From: an uncultured Solirubrobacteraceae bacterium
Lineage (GTDB): Bacteria > Actinomycetota > Thermoleophilia > Solirubrobacterales > Solirubrobacteraceae
Assembly (NCBI GenBank): GCA_963699115.1
Contig: CAVOTJ010000002.1
Coordinates: 2,713 to 66,712, forward strand
DNA: 64,000 nt
Direction of reading: 5' to 3'
In this document: in pieces, positions 30,535 through 40,856 of the stretch
Numbering within the stretch: position 1 is the stretch's first letter
Layout: each line of letters starts with the position of its first letter
Notes under the pieces: generated by a model
Told to the model about the DNA's origin: nothing
The model's input: the letters and a program-made list of their open reading frames with translations, nothing else
Database searches by the model: none
Made by a program: the position numbers and the translations under genes

Positions 30535-31605
30535 TCAGGGCGCGATGATCACACGGCCTTCGCGTCCTTCGACGCCGGCCGATTCGGCGGCCGAGGACCC
30601 GTAGCTGCTGCTCGCTTCAGTACTCGAGCCAGAGCCCGCTTCGGTCGCGCTTTCGGACCCAGCTTCGGCGGCGCGACCACTGGCTTCGGTTTCGCTGTAG
30701 GCACCGCGAGATCCGTATGGCGAGCTGCTGTAGGGCGACTCTTCCCCATATCCCACCTGTGACTGTTCAGCGCTTCGCGTGGCCGACGCGTACGTCACGC
30801 CCTGTCCAGACTCGATCTTCTTGACAGCAGCCGCGACCGTATTGGAGGCGATCGCAAAGCCCACGCCCGTGCTACCAGGCTGCGAGCCGTCGACCGTCGC
30901 GGCATCGCTTGCGATCTGGGAGTTCACGCCGATCACATCGCCCTGTTCGTCGAGCAGCGGTCCGCCTGAGTTGCCTGGGTTGAGCGCCGCGTCCGTCTGG
31001 ATCGCGCCTGTGATCTTGGAGCCGTCCGGCGCTGATATTTCGCGGTTGAGCGCTGAGACGATGCCTTTTGTGAGCGTCTCTTCGAGCCCATACGGGTTGC
31101 CGATCGCATACACCGAGTCGCCAACCTGGAGCGAGCTCGAGCTGGCAAGCGTCAATGGCTCCAGGCCAAGGCCCGAGGGGTTGACACGGATCAGCGCCAG
31201 ATCCTCGTTGGCTTCTTCGCCAACGATCGTCGCGCTGCGGGTTATTTTTGAGGAGCCGCTGGCATCGATTGTGATGCTGGTCGCGCCCTTGATCACGTGA
31301 TCGTTCGTGAGGATCAAGCCGCTTTCGTTCAGCACAATGCCCGTGCCCTCGTCCTCCCCGTCTGAGGTGATGGCCTTGATCGACACCACGCCCTTGGAGT
31401 CGCGTTGGTAGATCTGGGTGGCCGACAACGCGGTCGAGGAGACATCGCGGCGGGTCCCCGTCGATGTCGAGGCGGACACGGTGCTCGCGGGAGTTGTGGT
31501 GGAGGTCGAGCTTCGAGCGCTACCGCCGAACAGGACCACCGCTCCAACGGCGACGATGCCGCCAACGAGTGCTGCCAACAACATGGGTGCAAGTAGACGT
31601 TTCAC
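30535..31605 (-). CDS. HtrA/S1C serine protease without PDZ domain
   Basis: LTNDHV, DLALI, IGNPYG, QTDAALNPGNSGGPL. Confidence 0.92.
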   Translation of the reverse strand: MKRLLAPMLLAALVGGIVAVGAVVLFGGSARSSTSTTTPASTVSASTSTGTRRDVSSTALSATQIYQRDSKGVVSIKAITSDGEDEGTGIVLNESGLILTNDHVIKGATSITIDASGSSKITRSATIVGEEANEDLALIRVNPSGLGLEPLTLASSSSLQVGDSVYAIGNPYGLEETLTKGIVSALNREISAPDGSKITGAIQTDAALNPGNSGGPLLDEQGDVIGVNSQIASDAATVDGSQPGSTGVGFAIASNTVAAAVKKIESGQGVTYASATRSAEQSQVGYGEESPYSSSPYGSRGAYSETEASGRAAEAGSESATEAGSGSSTEASSSYGSSAAESAGVEGREGRVIIAP

Positions 31606-31758
31606 AGATCACCTCTAGTTCTTCGGGGAAGGTCATCTTGCAACCGTGCGCTCTGCCGGCGCTAACGATGCTCGAAAGCGTTGCTAAGGGCCGCCGAAGA
31701 AGTAGATAACGGCCTCTACCGAGCCAACCAGAGCGGCCCGGTACGCTTATGAGCTCCT

Positions 31759-31829
31759 GGCGACGTGGCGGAGTGGCTACGCAGCGGCCTGCAAAGCCGT
31801 CTACACCGGTTCGATTCCGGTCGTCGCCT
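31759..31829 (+). tRNA. tRNA-Cys (GCA)
   Basis: GGCGACG acceptor stem, CTGCAAA anticodon loop, GGTTCGATTCC T-arm. Confidence 0.95.
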
Positions 31830-32033
31830 CTTCGACAGTTTTGCCTAGAGCTTTCAAATATGCCCCGATCCGGCGCCGGGAGCCCGGAAAATCAGGCCGA
31901 TCAGGGCCTTGAGACGTTTCAAGGGCCAGCCGGCTCGGGGCGGCCGATCTCCAGCGCCCTTGACGCGCGGAAGCGCCCAGGCGGGATCGCCGGGCGCTTC
32001 GGGTCTTGATCTGGCTTGCTCCGTCCATGCCCG

Positions 32034-33665
32034 CTACGGGCTCGCCGGGAGCGGTGGTGGTTGCCAGCGATGCTTTCGCCGGGATGGTGGCGTCGCGTCG
32101 CCGATGCCGAGAGCCTTCGCCATCTTGCCGTAGGCGCTGGCGAGTCCGAGCCGGACTCGCTGATCGCCGAGTTCCGTGGCGGCCTTCTCGCCCCTCTCCT
32201 TGAACTCGCGCGTGCCTTCATGGCGCTTCTTGGCGCGTACCGTGCCGAGCCAGCCATTCTTCGCCGCGATGCGGAGCCAGTCAATCAAGCAGGCCGTGTT
32301 CGCCCTCAGCCGATGCCAGTCCATGCTCACGACCTTCGGCCGGTTGGCAAGCGTGTCGGCGGCGACCCTGTAGCGGTCGCGCCAGTAGTCGTGCGTCGCC
32401 TCGTAGCTTTTGTGCGATTTCTTAAGCTCGTGGTACAGCGGCTCGGTGCGGGAGAGCGGCACAAGTAGCCGCCAGTCCTCCTTGCACGCGATCGTCTGCT
32501 CCTTCTCGCAGTCGGCTGTGATTGGGTTCATGCAGCGGAACCACAAGCGCGGACTGCCGTCGTTCGGTGAGAAGCGGACCTGCTCCATATCGCCGCCGCA
32601 GAACCGGCAGCGCTTGACGCCGTGGCGATCGTGCGTCTCGTGGTCATGGCGCGTGCCGTCCCCGGTCTTCCGCCACGGGAAGATCGGGGCGGTGCCGTTC
32701 TTGGTTGCGTGCTGGAAGCACTCCGCGATGGATAGTCCGCGATCACCCGTTACCGTCTCGGGTGCCTCGCCGACCATCTGCACCGTCTGATCAAACAAGC
32801 CGGCGAACAGCTTGTGCTCCTGGATGGAAGCGCTGTCAACCGAAGGGATCACGCCTGACGTGAACCCACAGACGAGCTTGCCGGAATAGTACCCGTGCCA
32901 GAAACGACGGCACCCGCGCGGGCCGGTGTAGGCGCGAATCCCGGCCTGCGCGTCGCGCGTGCGATACCAGCAGCCGTTGATGCGAACCCGCTTCGTCCCA
33001 TCGCCGAGGTCTTCGGTCTTCTTTGGCTCGTTCGCTTGCTCGCGTTTCTCCGCTGTGTCCGGGTCTACCTCGCTCAGTTCGTGGCGTTCATGGCGAGCGA
33101 CGGATGTTTGCACCCGCTCGGGGCGCTTCGCCCGACCCCAAACTCGCTTCCCGCCTTTCGTCGCCTTCTTGTACGCGCATGGATCATCCGGCTGGCAGTC
33201 ATGGATCAGAGCAGCGTGCGTCTCATCCTCCGTCCAGTCAACGTGCGTGTGGGCCATGACCCGTGAGTCGTGCCACTTGCAACGCTGGATCACGACGGCA
33301 GCAGCGGCCAGGAACTCGTCGCAGACAGTCTCTAGCTCTCGCAGCCGGCGCCATACACGCAGATATGGTGGCTTCGCGGCAAAGCCACACTCCTGCCAAA
33401 GCTCGTCGCTGCTCTCATCCCAAAAGGGCTGAATATCTACATGCCGGCTTGCCACGAACGCAATAGCGGCCAACTCCCAGTGCCCCGGCTCACGGCGGCG
33501 TGCGTAGTTAATGCTCAAATCGCAAGCGTCTCGCAGAGAGTCCCATACCCACTTCTGGCTCTTGACGAGCCGCACCGTGTTCAATGACCCGCGTAGCTCC
33601 GGGGCGTCGGAGAAGTGCGTTGCCCCAGGCAGGCGCTCGGGTGATTGATAGCGAAGGCGCGGCAT
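32034..33665 (-). CDS. DDE transposase, IS1182/IS4-like, with Cys-rich insertion
   Basis: HVDWT (D1), RDAQAG...HGYY, TGDRGLS (D2), CRFC...C...C, Y...KSYE (E). Confidence 0.7.
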   Translation of the reverse strand: MPRLRYQSPERLPGATHFSDAPELRGSLNTVRLVKSQKWVWDSLRDACDLSINYARRREPGHWELAAIAFVASRHVDIQPFWDESSDELWQECGFAAKPPYLRVWRRLRELETVCDEFLAAAAVVIQRCKWHDSRVMAHTHVDWTEDETHAALIHDCQPDDPCAYKKATKGGKRVWGRAKRPERVQTSVARHERHELSEVDPDTAEKREQANEPKKTEDLGDGTKRVRINGCWYRTRDAQAGIRAYTGPRGCRRFWHGYYSGKLVCGFTSGVIPSVDSASIQEHKLFAGLFDQTVQMVGEAPETVTGDRGLSIAECFQHATKNGTAPIFPWRKTGDGTRHDHETHDRHGVKRCRFCGGDMEQVRFSPNDGSPRLWFRCMNPITADCEKEQTIACKEDWRLLVPLSRTEPLYHELKKSHKSYEATHDYWRDRYRVAADTLANRPKVVSMDWHRLRANTACLIDWLRIAAKNGWLGTVRAKKRHEGTREFKERGEKAATELGDQRVRLGLASAYGKMAKALGIGDATPPSRRKHRWQPPPLPASP

Positions 33666-34228
33666 AGATGTTGATGGACTGCATGACTGCCTCCAGGTGA
33701 GCGATCCGCGCTCAGTGGATTACAGGACACTTGAGTTGTAACACGGAATCCGCACATCGCAAAATCACCCGGCTCCGAGCACTCAACGTTTGGACGATGC
33801 CGATTCGTGAAGTTCGCTTGCATCGCTCTGGATTCGATGATAGGCGTTGAAAGGAGCAGCCGATCTCTCACAACACGGATGCTTCACTCTCACCCTGCGC
33901 GTTCTCGCGCATGGGTTAACGCCTGCATGAATACACGTACACGCAACCGCACTGACTACTGCCAACTACGGAACTCGCCTACGCGCCCGTGGGTTGAGCA
34001 TGGCCCGTTCCTTCCGGCTGATGATGAGCTGGATGAGTTGGAGGCGGACGCGCTGGACGGGGATGAGGACTGGCCGCCTGATTCGTTGGAGGATTTCCTT
34101 GATCGCTTTGACTGATGCGCACGCTTCGCTGGTAGGCGCTTGGCGCCGATCGGTACTTGCAGGAGTCCAGGCCCACGCAGCGTATCAATGGCGCAGACAA
34201 TCGTCTACACACAGTCTAGGGGCGGACC

Positions 34229-34483
34229 GTGCCTAAACGCGCATCCGACAAGGATGCGCTGCGCGCGTTTGGCGCTGCCGTCCATGAACTACGCACCGAG
34301 CGGAACATGAGTGTCAGCGAGCTAGCCAGCAGCGCAGAAACGACCACGAGGCGGATTGACCGATTGGAAACGGGCCGGCTTGGCCCACCCTTTGACTTGA
34401 TGCTCGCTGTGGCGGATGCGCTTGGCGTGCGTGTGAGCACGATCGTCATACGCGCAAGCACCCACGAACAACGCGAGGACTGA
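34229..34483 (+). CDS. XRE-family HTH regulator
   Basis: FGAAVHELRTERNMSVSELA...IDRLETG...VADALGV. Confidence 0.85.
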   Translation: MPKRASDKDALRAFGAAVHELRTERNMSVSELASSAETTTRRIDRLETGRLGPPFDLMLAVADALGVRVSTIVIRASTHEQRED

Positions 34484-34549
34484 TCGGAAGGCGCTAGCGC
34501 GGATCGCTAACGCCTCGCTGTACTGACAACAGAAAGGAACCTAAATCCA

Positions 34550-35128
34550 TTGACCAAACCGCGCGGACTCATTCTGACGATGCTTTCACTTTCTATCGCC
34601 ACACTTCTCTCTGCTTGCGGCGGTGGTAGCTCGGTTGTATCTGCGAGTGCTGTTGCGAAATGCGCGCACGCACAGCAGCAACCAGTCAGCAATCTCCCAT
34701 CTGGCGCATCCTCGCAGCACGCGGTTGTGGCGAAAGTCGCGCCGGGTGGTTGGCTACGACAGGACTACTCGGCCGTGGAACAAGCGGAGCGGAACCAGCC
34801 AGCGTATGAAATCTACGTCTTCAACAACGAACGGGCCGCCGGGGAAGCGTTCAACCTCATCAGCAGCGCCCCGAACGCTCAGCAGGAATACGGCACGGGC
34901 GGAACATTCCGCCGTAGGAACGTGATCATCAACGCGGACGGCGAAAGCGGCTCACTGACTGCGGACGCGGAAACGCTCTTGAACAAATGCGCTGGGGCTG
35001 GCGCCTCACAATCTGTTATCCGCGCACCCGAAGAAGTGCATAACGGGCGCACACCCAGCGAACGCACGCGCGCCGAAGAAGATGGAGCCACCCCCGAAAC
35101 AGGCGAAGCTCCTAAGGAGAGCGAATAG
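34550..35128 (+). CDS. Putative lipoprotein
   Basis: Signal peptide with LSAC lipobox. Confidence 0.75.
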   Translation: MTKPRGLILTMLSLSIATLLSACGGGSSVVSASAVAKCAHAQQQPVSNLPSGASSQHAVVAKVAPGGWLRQDYSAVEQAERNQPAYEIYVFNNERAAGEAFNLISSAPNAQQEYGTGGTFRRRNVIINADGESGSLTADAETLLNKCAGAGASQSVIRAPEEVHNGRTPSERTRAEEDGATPETGEAPKESE

Positions 35129-35166
35129 CGCCGGGCGAGCGCGACAGCCTCCCAAGCCTTGACGCT

Positions 35167-36150
35167 GTGCTCATCCTGCGCGGCGTGCGCGAGATAGCCA
35201 GCCATGCGGACCCTGAGAACCCGGTGCAGGTGTCGCAACGGCGGTGGGATCAGGCTCGTGAGCGGAGCAATCGGTTCGCCGGCCTGCCTGCTGCCCGCGA
35301 CATCGCGCGCCGGCTCGTGCTCCCGTGGCGGGAGGTCTTGCTGCTCGCGCACGCCCCCACGGAGCAGCACGCCCATCGCCTCGGGCGAGCACAGACCCGC
35401 CCGGAGCAAGACTGGCTGACTAGCTCGCACATCGCCTACGTGTTGCGCGTCGTCGCGGCCCGGCTGAGCGCCGGCACACTCACGCCCGGCCAGTACCGCG
35501 CCGAGCGCGCCCGGATGCTCGCCGTCAGCGAGGCGCGCTGGCGGCACGGGCGACGCCTGCGACTTCCCACCGATGAGCAGATACGACTCGCGGCCGGCGA
35601 TTGGGACCGCGCGCTCGCGCTCGCCCGCCTAGATCGTCGCCCTGGTCGTGGCGATCAAGGACACGGCCGCCCAGCACTCGGAACCGTGGAGCTGCTGGAG
35701 CGCTGTTACGCGATCCACGGCACGGAGCCGAGTGCGTTGGAGCTACGTCGCTTCGCCAGAGCGAACGGCATCCCCTGGACGCCCGACCGCGACCGGACCT
35801 GGCTAGAGAGCGTCGCCGCGTGGAAGGTCGGGTGCCGAGCACGAGCGCTGCCGGTGCCCGACGGCCCACCGCCCCGCCACGAGCGCCCGGATTACGCGCA
35901 GCCGGTGGACGCGGCCCTTGCCGGCGAGCAGCGTCGCCGCGACTGGAGCAGCATCAACGAGTGTCTGCCGTTCGTGATCGCCTACCTGGAGCAGCTACCA
36001 CCGGGCGCACGTTCCACCAAGCTCGGCTATGCGGATTGGGCACGCACGCAGCCGGACGCACCCGCGTACTCCTGTTTTGACCAGCACGGCGGGTGGGAGC
36101 GGTTGAGAGCGTTCGCCCACGAGCAAATGCTCAAGAACGATTGCGGTTAG
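35167..36150 (+). CDS. Protein built of homing-endonuclease-associated-repeat (HEAR)-like units
   Basis: LRVVAARL...LTPGQY...LPTDEQI...GDWDRALALA and three weaker similar units. Confidence 0.6.
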   Translation: MLILRGVREIASHADPENPVQVSQRRWDQARERSNRFAGLPAARDIARRLVLPWREVLLLAHAPTEQHAHRLGRAQTRPEQDWLTSSHIAYVLRVVAARLSAGTLTPGQYRAERARMLAVSEARWRHGRRLRLPTDEQIRLAAGDWDRALALARLDRRPGRGDQGHGRPALGTVELLERCYAIHGTEPSALELRRFARANGIPWTPDRDRTWLESVAAWKVGCRARALPVPDGPPPRHERPDYAQPVDAALAGEQRRRDWSSINECLPFVIAYLEQLPPGARSTKLGYADWARTQPDAPAYSCFDQHGGWERLRAFAHEQMLKNDCG

Positions 36151-36328
36151 ATTCGTCTCTAGCTCTAGCGTCATCCCAGGTTTGCTTATTGAACCGCATA
36201 TCGTCCACTATCTCGCTTCCTACACGGATTAACGGTAATGAGCCTAGGCCGAGGAATACAGCGATGATAATCCAGGTAGCCACGTTTACTAGATTACTAC
36301 TCGTGAGCATCGCTCGCATGAGTTTATA

Positions 36329-36811
36329 ATGGTCAGCAGGACTCGCGTCGCTTGGCACGAATCGCCTTGCATGAAGATCGTGCGATCAGATGTGCATCCC
36401 TTTGAATACTTCAACCCCGACGTTAGCTTGCATCCATGCTCTAATCGTGCGATTCAGCGCATGAGTGAAGTGCACGCGCTCAATAAGGAGCTTACGATGC
36501 AAGCCCTCGCGCTCTTGCCCTTCCAAGGAGTACTTGCTGCCGCGCTCGGCACGAGTATCAATCATGGGAAAGCAGACGGTATCCTCGTCGGTATTGGTAT
36601 TGCCCTTTTGGGCCTTTCTCTTTCTTGCACCGCCTCCACATTGAGTAGGATCAACTACCGCCCGCCGTGGACCGTTAAAGATGCGGACGCGCTTATCACG
36701 AGAGAAGCCAGATGGCTCGTTCTCAAGGGCTTTGACTTCAAAATCGGGGTTTGGTTGACGCTGGCTGCCGCGCTCGTGATCGGAACTACAGCGGCACTCA
36801 CATTCCTCTAA
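36329..36811 (+). CDS. Hypothetical membrane protein
   Basis: Three hydrophobic segments; start uncertain. Confidence 0.45.
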   Translation: MVSRTRVAWHESPCMKIVRSDVHPFEYFNPDVSLHPCSNRAIQRMSEVHALNKELTMQALALLPFQGVLAAALGTSINHGKADGILVGIGIALLGLSLSCTASTLSRINYRPPWTVKDADALITREARWLVLKGFDFKIGVWLTLAAALVIGTTAALTFL

Positions 36812-36895
36812 TCGCGTACAGCCGTAGACAAATCTTCCGCCAGCGCAAGCTAGGACTGGCCGCGCTACTCACAGTCTCGGAGGCACGCCCTGATC

Positions 36896-37472
36896 TCAGC
36901 CCCAGGAGCGCGGGTTACGCCGCCCCAGCCGCCGACTCTCATCAATGTCTGCGCTCGTGTCGTTCGGCTCCATCCACTCGCGCAGGCAGTACGTTGCCGA
37001 GCCAAGTCGTTTGCAAGCTCGCCCCATCTTCTCCCCGTAGACAAACCACGCCTCCGAGTCCGTCGCCTCGTCGGCAAGCAGCGTCGCTCCCTCATCCAAG
37101 AGCACACGCAGGCCGTCCCGGAAGCCGCTGATGCGCTCGGGGGCAGCCTCGCGGGCCTCGCGCCACTGGCGATGCTGCGGCGACTCCGGTAGCGCAACCT
37201 CGCCGGCAGCCCGCAACACGCGCTCGCCCTTGGGGCGTCGCCTTATACGCGAGCGAGCCATGCCGCTTGAAGCTTCTGATCAGTCCCGCAGCCTCCATCG
37301 CACGCACACGCGGCCGCAGTTTGTGGCCGGTGCTTGGCCCCATTTTCAAGCCCAGGTGAGCGACGATATCCGAGTAGTGCACGCCGGGCTCATCGCGGCC
37401 CCGGTGAAGCTCCGCTCGCTTGAGCGCAGCAAGGATCAGGGCGTCAGGAAACGACCCCTCGGGATCGGGCAT
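36896..37472 (-). CDS. 'LPESPQHR' family copy 3 (frameshift near 37230)
   Basis: N-half in ORF 37092..37478, C-half in ORF 36896..37261. Confidence 0.75.
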
Positions 37473-37662
37473 AGGCAACCTCCGTGTTCAGGCCCGACAT
37501 GCGGACCAGATAGATTGCGCCACACGCCGGCGGCGGTCGCCTTGATCGCCTGGTGCGCTAGCGCCTTGTCAACGGCTCGTAAAAGAGCCGCGACCAACCT
37601 ACGCCTGCAACCACGAGCAATCGAAAAGATTTCGAAATCGAGCGCGAACCTGCGGGGAGTGG

Positions 37663-38082
37663 CTACGGCCCGATGAAGACCGTAACCGGGATGCGGACCC
37701 GGAGCGAGCCCTCGTAGTCTTCGTTTTCGCCATCTTCCGGCTCAAAGACGCCAGATGGAACCTCGGCGATATGCACCCGATCGCCAAGCGTCTCGTCGTC
37801 ATCCATCGCCTCCCGCAGCTTACCCGGCAGCTCCCCGGCTAGCTGCTGCGATGCGGGCGGGAGCCAGAAAGTCAGCTCGTAGTGCTCAGGCGTGATCGTC
37901 GGTTTGACCGGCTCGTTGAACTCACCGACCGTCTGTGGGTAGCCGATCCCCGTGGATTGCCAGTCGCACCGCACGCTGCCCAACTCGCGCCCGTAGACGC
38001 CAGTGCTCAAACGGCGCAACTGCTCGCCCGCCCACTCCCGCACATGACGTGCCGCTTCCTGTTGTGCCGTGCGCTCGGCCAT
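37663..38082 (-). CDS. Hypothetical protein
   Basis: MAERTAQQE... acidic ~139 aa; start approximate. Confidence 0.5.
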   Translation of the reverse strand: MAERTAQQEAARHVREWAGEQLRRLSTGVYGRELGSVRCDWQSTGIGYPQTVGEFNEPVKPTITPEHYELTFWLPPASQQLAGELPGKLREAMDDDETLGDRVHIAEVPSGVFEPEDGENEDYEGSLRVRIPVTVFIGP

Positions 38083-38155
38083 GACCCGGAAGCCTAGCGG
38101 AGTCCAACAGGCGGACACACTGCGCACTGCCGTACGCACGGGTAGGGTACGGCTC

Positions 38156-38596
38156 ATGCCTCTAGCATCCGTATCGCTCGCCGCCATCATCCCGCTTGGC
38201 GTTGCCGTCGTGGGACTTCTCGGCTTGTACCTGCGAAGCCATCAGGAGACAGTGCGGCTACGTGAGCAGATCGCGGAGAATCACCTGCAACACAGGATGG
38301 TCGCCTACCACAATGTTCTCTCCCTCGCGTCCAAGATAGAACTCATGGTCAAGGCGCAGAACTCGGTTTACCGTGGCGAGGCTGGCTGGAAGATCAACGA
38401 GCAGTTTAAACATGAAGTGGATGGACTCGCCGTGTTCGCTGCTACTGAGGCACGCAAGCACGCCCTCGCTATGCGTTCCCTTGTGGATCGCCACATGGGC
38501 GACTCTGACAAATCTTGGATTGATCAGTTCGCCGCCGAGAAGCAAGCGTTCATGGACGCGACGCACGCCGATGTAGGACCGGCGGCGCAGACCTAG
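38156..38596 (+). CDS. Hypothetical protein with N-terminal TM
   Basis: MPLASVSLAAIIPLGV... followed by a helical domain. Confidence 0.55.
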   Translation: MPLASVSLAAIIPLGVAVVGLLGLYLRSHQETVRLREQIAENHLQHRMVAYHNVLSLASKIELMVKAQNSVYRGEAGWKINEQFKHEVDGLAVFAATEARKHALAMRSLVDRHMGDSDKSWIDQFAAEKQAFMDATHADVGPAAQT

Positions 38597-38630
38597 TACC
38601 TGATGCGTACGCCCTCCCCGTGTATAGAAA

Positions 38631-38954
38631 TTGGCTAGATGCGGCTATCGGGTTTATCGTACTGATATGACTGAATTGGAACACCCGGAACTGGCGCGAG
38701 TGGAAGTTACGCTCAAAGACGACGGCGATCGGCCCATAAAGGAGCTAATTACGCTCCCTCTCCCATATGCAGATGCAGAAGCGTTCCAATCTGAGATCGC
38801 CGCTGCTATGGAAACTACAGGACATCCCGTAACCCAAAGGATCGCGGGCAGGATCGCTGTTGGTCCCAGCACAGGCGATCCCGCGCTGTTTAATAAGCAT
38901 GGAATTACTTTCCGTACATCTAAGGTGTTCGGGGTCCAGCTGGTACCACAGTAG
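38631..38954 (+). CDS. Hypothetical protein
   Basis: ORF with protein-like composition; likely start MTELEH. Confidence 0.5.
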   Translation: MARCGYRVYRTDMTELEHPELARVEVTLKDDGDRPIKELITLPLPYADAEAFQSEIAAAMETTGHPVTQRIAGRIAVGPSTGDPALFNKHGITFRTSKVFGVQLVPQ

Positions 38955-38989
38955 GGTTAGACCATTCTAACGAGACTCAGTTGTGTGGT

Positions 38990-39952
38990 CTATATACCGA
39001 GATGCGCCGAGGATGTTGACGGCATACGTCGCGCCGCCTCCACGACACGTTCTGTGAGTGAAGCTGCGGGCTTGAACCCGAGTCGGTCTTCAAGATATTC
39101 GCGGGCTATTCCTGTCTGTTGCGGCTTTGTAGTCGCATCGCGCCAGGCTGGAACCGTCAAGAGAGCAGCGGCGATATCGTCAAGCTCAGCGAGTGCTTGC
39201 TTTTCACGCTGAGGGCGGACCTTTGATCGTACAGTCTCGGTAGCCTCCCGAACCGCTCCCCAAGCCGCCCAGCGTAGTGCGCGCCCCTGAGCGTCGTCAT
39301 CTCTATGGCGTGGTGAGTCCAAGAGCGATGCCATTTCCGGTATCGCCTCTCCAGCGGCAGCGTTCCGTGCGGCGTCGTTGATCGCGCCGATAAAGCCCTT
39401 GTCCTCGCAAAGTAGCTCAACCCATTCCTGCTGCTTTGGCCCTGCTTCATTCCGCGCTTGCTCGGTTTCTTCCCGGCGAGCCGCCCAGTCTTCCCGCGAG
39501 TGCAAGTCGCCTTCCGCGCGGCGTTGCTCACTGAGTGCTGCCAGGTTGTTCGCCCACTCCGCAGTCTGCGCATAAACGTGGTAGACGGAGCCAACGAAGA
39601 ACCCCACCTCAACGCTAATCGTCTCGCTGCGGTGCGCAGCTACCGTGGCCTGGAACTGCGCCAGATCGCGCGGCAGCTCATCGTCCTCCCTAGCGTCTTC
39701 ATCGTCTTCATGCGGTATCTCGCCTTCCGTGAACTCGTCAAGAAGACGCGCAGCAACCTCATCATCAACAACGATCTGTCGGATGTAGAACACTTGAGGC
39801 TCAGCCTTGGCAGCGAACTCAAAGAAGCCAGTCGGATCGTCGTCCGGCCATACCGCAGTCGGATAACCGCCATCGCTGTCCGGGGTCGCCGGGAACACCA
39901 GATGCGGTTTGACGAACTCGCCGATCCGAGTCCACAGGTCGTCAAGGTCCAT
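38990..39952 (-). CDS. Hypothetical acidic protein
   Basis: 320-aa ORF. Confidence 0.7.
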   Translation of the reverse strand: MDLDDLWTRIGEFVKPHLVFPATPDSDGGYPTAVWPDDDPTGFFEFAAKAEPQVFYIRQIVVDDEVAARLLDEFTEGEIPHEDDEDAREDDELPRDLAQFQATVAAHRSETISVEVGFFVGSVYHVYAQTAEWANNLAALSEQRRAEGDLHSREDWAARREETEQARNEAGPKQQEWVELLCEDKGFIGAINDAARNAAAGEAIPEMASLLDSPRHRDDDAQGRALRWAAWGAVREATETVRSKVRPQREKQALAELDDIAAALLTVPAWRDATTKPQQTGIAREYLEDRLGFKPAASLTERVVEAARRMPSTSSAHLGI

Positions 39953-39963
39953 TGTGCCCTGCG

Positions 39964-40347
39964 TTAGAGCTTGATGACCTCGGGAGACTGCTTATGCAGC
40001 CTAACGATCTCCTGCGCGTGCTCCACAACCTTGGGCTTCATTCCGCCGATCGGTGTCTCGCCGATCTTCGCCCGCCCTCCCCTGCCAGAACAAAATACCC
40101 GGCCGTAGAAGCCGGCGTTCTCAACTTCGTGAATCTCAACCTCATGGTCATCGTCCAACTCCACGACCTCGGGAACCTGCTGGTGCAGCCTTACGATCTC
40201 CTGCGCGTGCTCCGTAACCCTGGGCTTCATTCCGCTGACCGGCGTCTGACCGATTTTCGCGCGCCTGCCGTTGTCGTCGGTGAAGAACACGTCTCCATAA
40301 AAGCCCGCGTTCTCAACCTCCTTGACCTCAACCTCGTACTCGCCCAT
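39964..40347 (-). CDS. Protein made of two ~63-aa tandem repeats
   Basis: EVE..EVENAGFYG.VF...RAKIG.TP..GMKP.V.EHAQEIVRLH.Q.PEV twice; GGAGG RBS. Confidence 0.8.
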   Translation of the reverse strand: MGEYEVEVKEVENAGFYGDVFFTDDNGRRAKIGQTPVSGMKPRVTEHAQEIVRLHQQVPEVVELDDDHEVEIHEVENAGFYGRVFCSGRGGRAKIGETPIGGMKPKVVEHAQEIVRLHKQSPEVIKL

Positions 40348-40383
40348 CCAAGCCTCCGTTGTACTAGCGCGCCAAGGACTGCT

Positions 40384-40856
40384 CTAGTTGGCTTGAAGCG
40401 CCGGTCGCGGCGATGTGGCCCGCTGCTGCGCGACAGGGACGAGATGCCATCCTGTGCCGGTCCGTTGGGCACGGTAGACGACCTCCACCTTCTCCATCTG
40501 CGCACCTACTAGCAAGCCGATCACGTACCCGACGAACGCGCCAATCGCGGCTGCTTCGCCATTCCTTGTCGCCGAGCCAGTACCCAGCCCGCCGCTGACA
40601 CCGCCCCCAACCGCCATTTCTATCGCGCGATCCGCAATCTTCGTGATCTCGGCTTCCGCGAACGAGTAGCCGACTTGCTGGACGGCGAACAGCAACTCGT
40701 TCAGCGCGTCCTCGTGCGAATCACGATCCTTCTGGAGCCCAACATTCACGACGCACGCGCCGGACGGATGCGACGCAAACTCCTGGATCACGGCGTCTTC
40801 CGCCAAGCGCGCAGCCAGCGACTCCACCGTCAGCGCGGAGGGATACCGCAGCATCG
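40384..40856 (-). CDS. Hypothetical protein with Gly-zipper-like segment
   Basis: C-terminal part of ORF 40384..41073; start uncertain. Confidence 0.5.
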
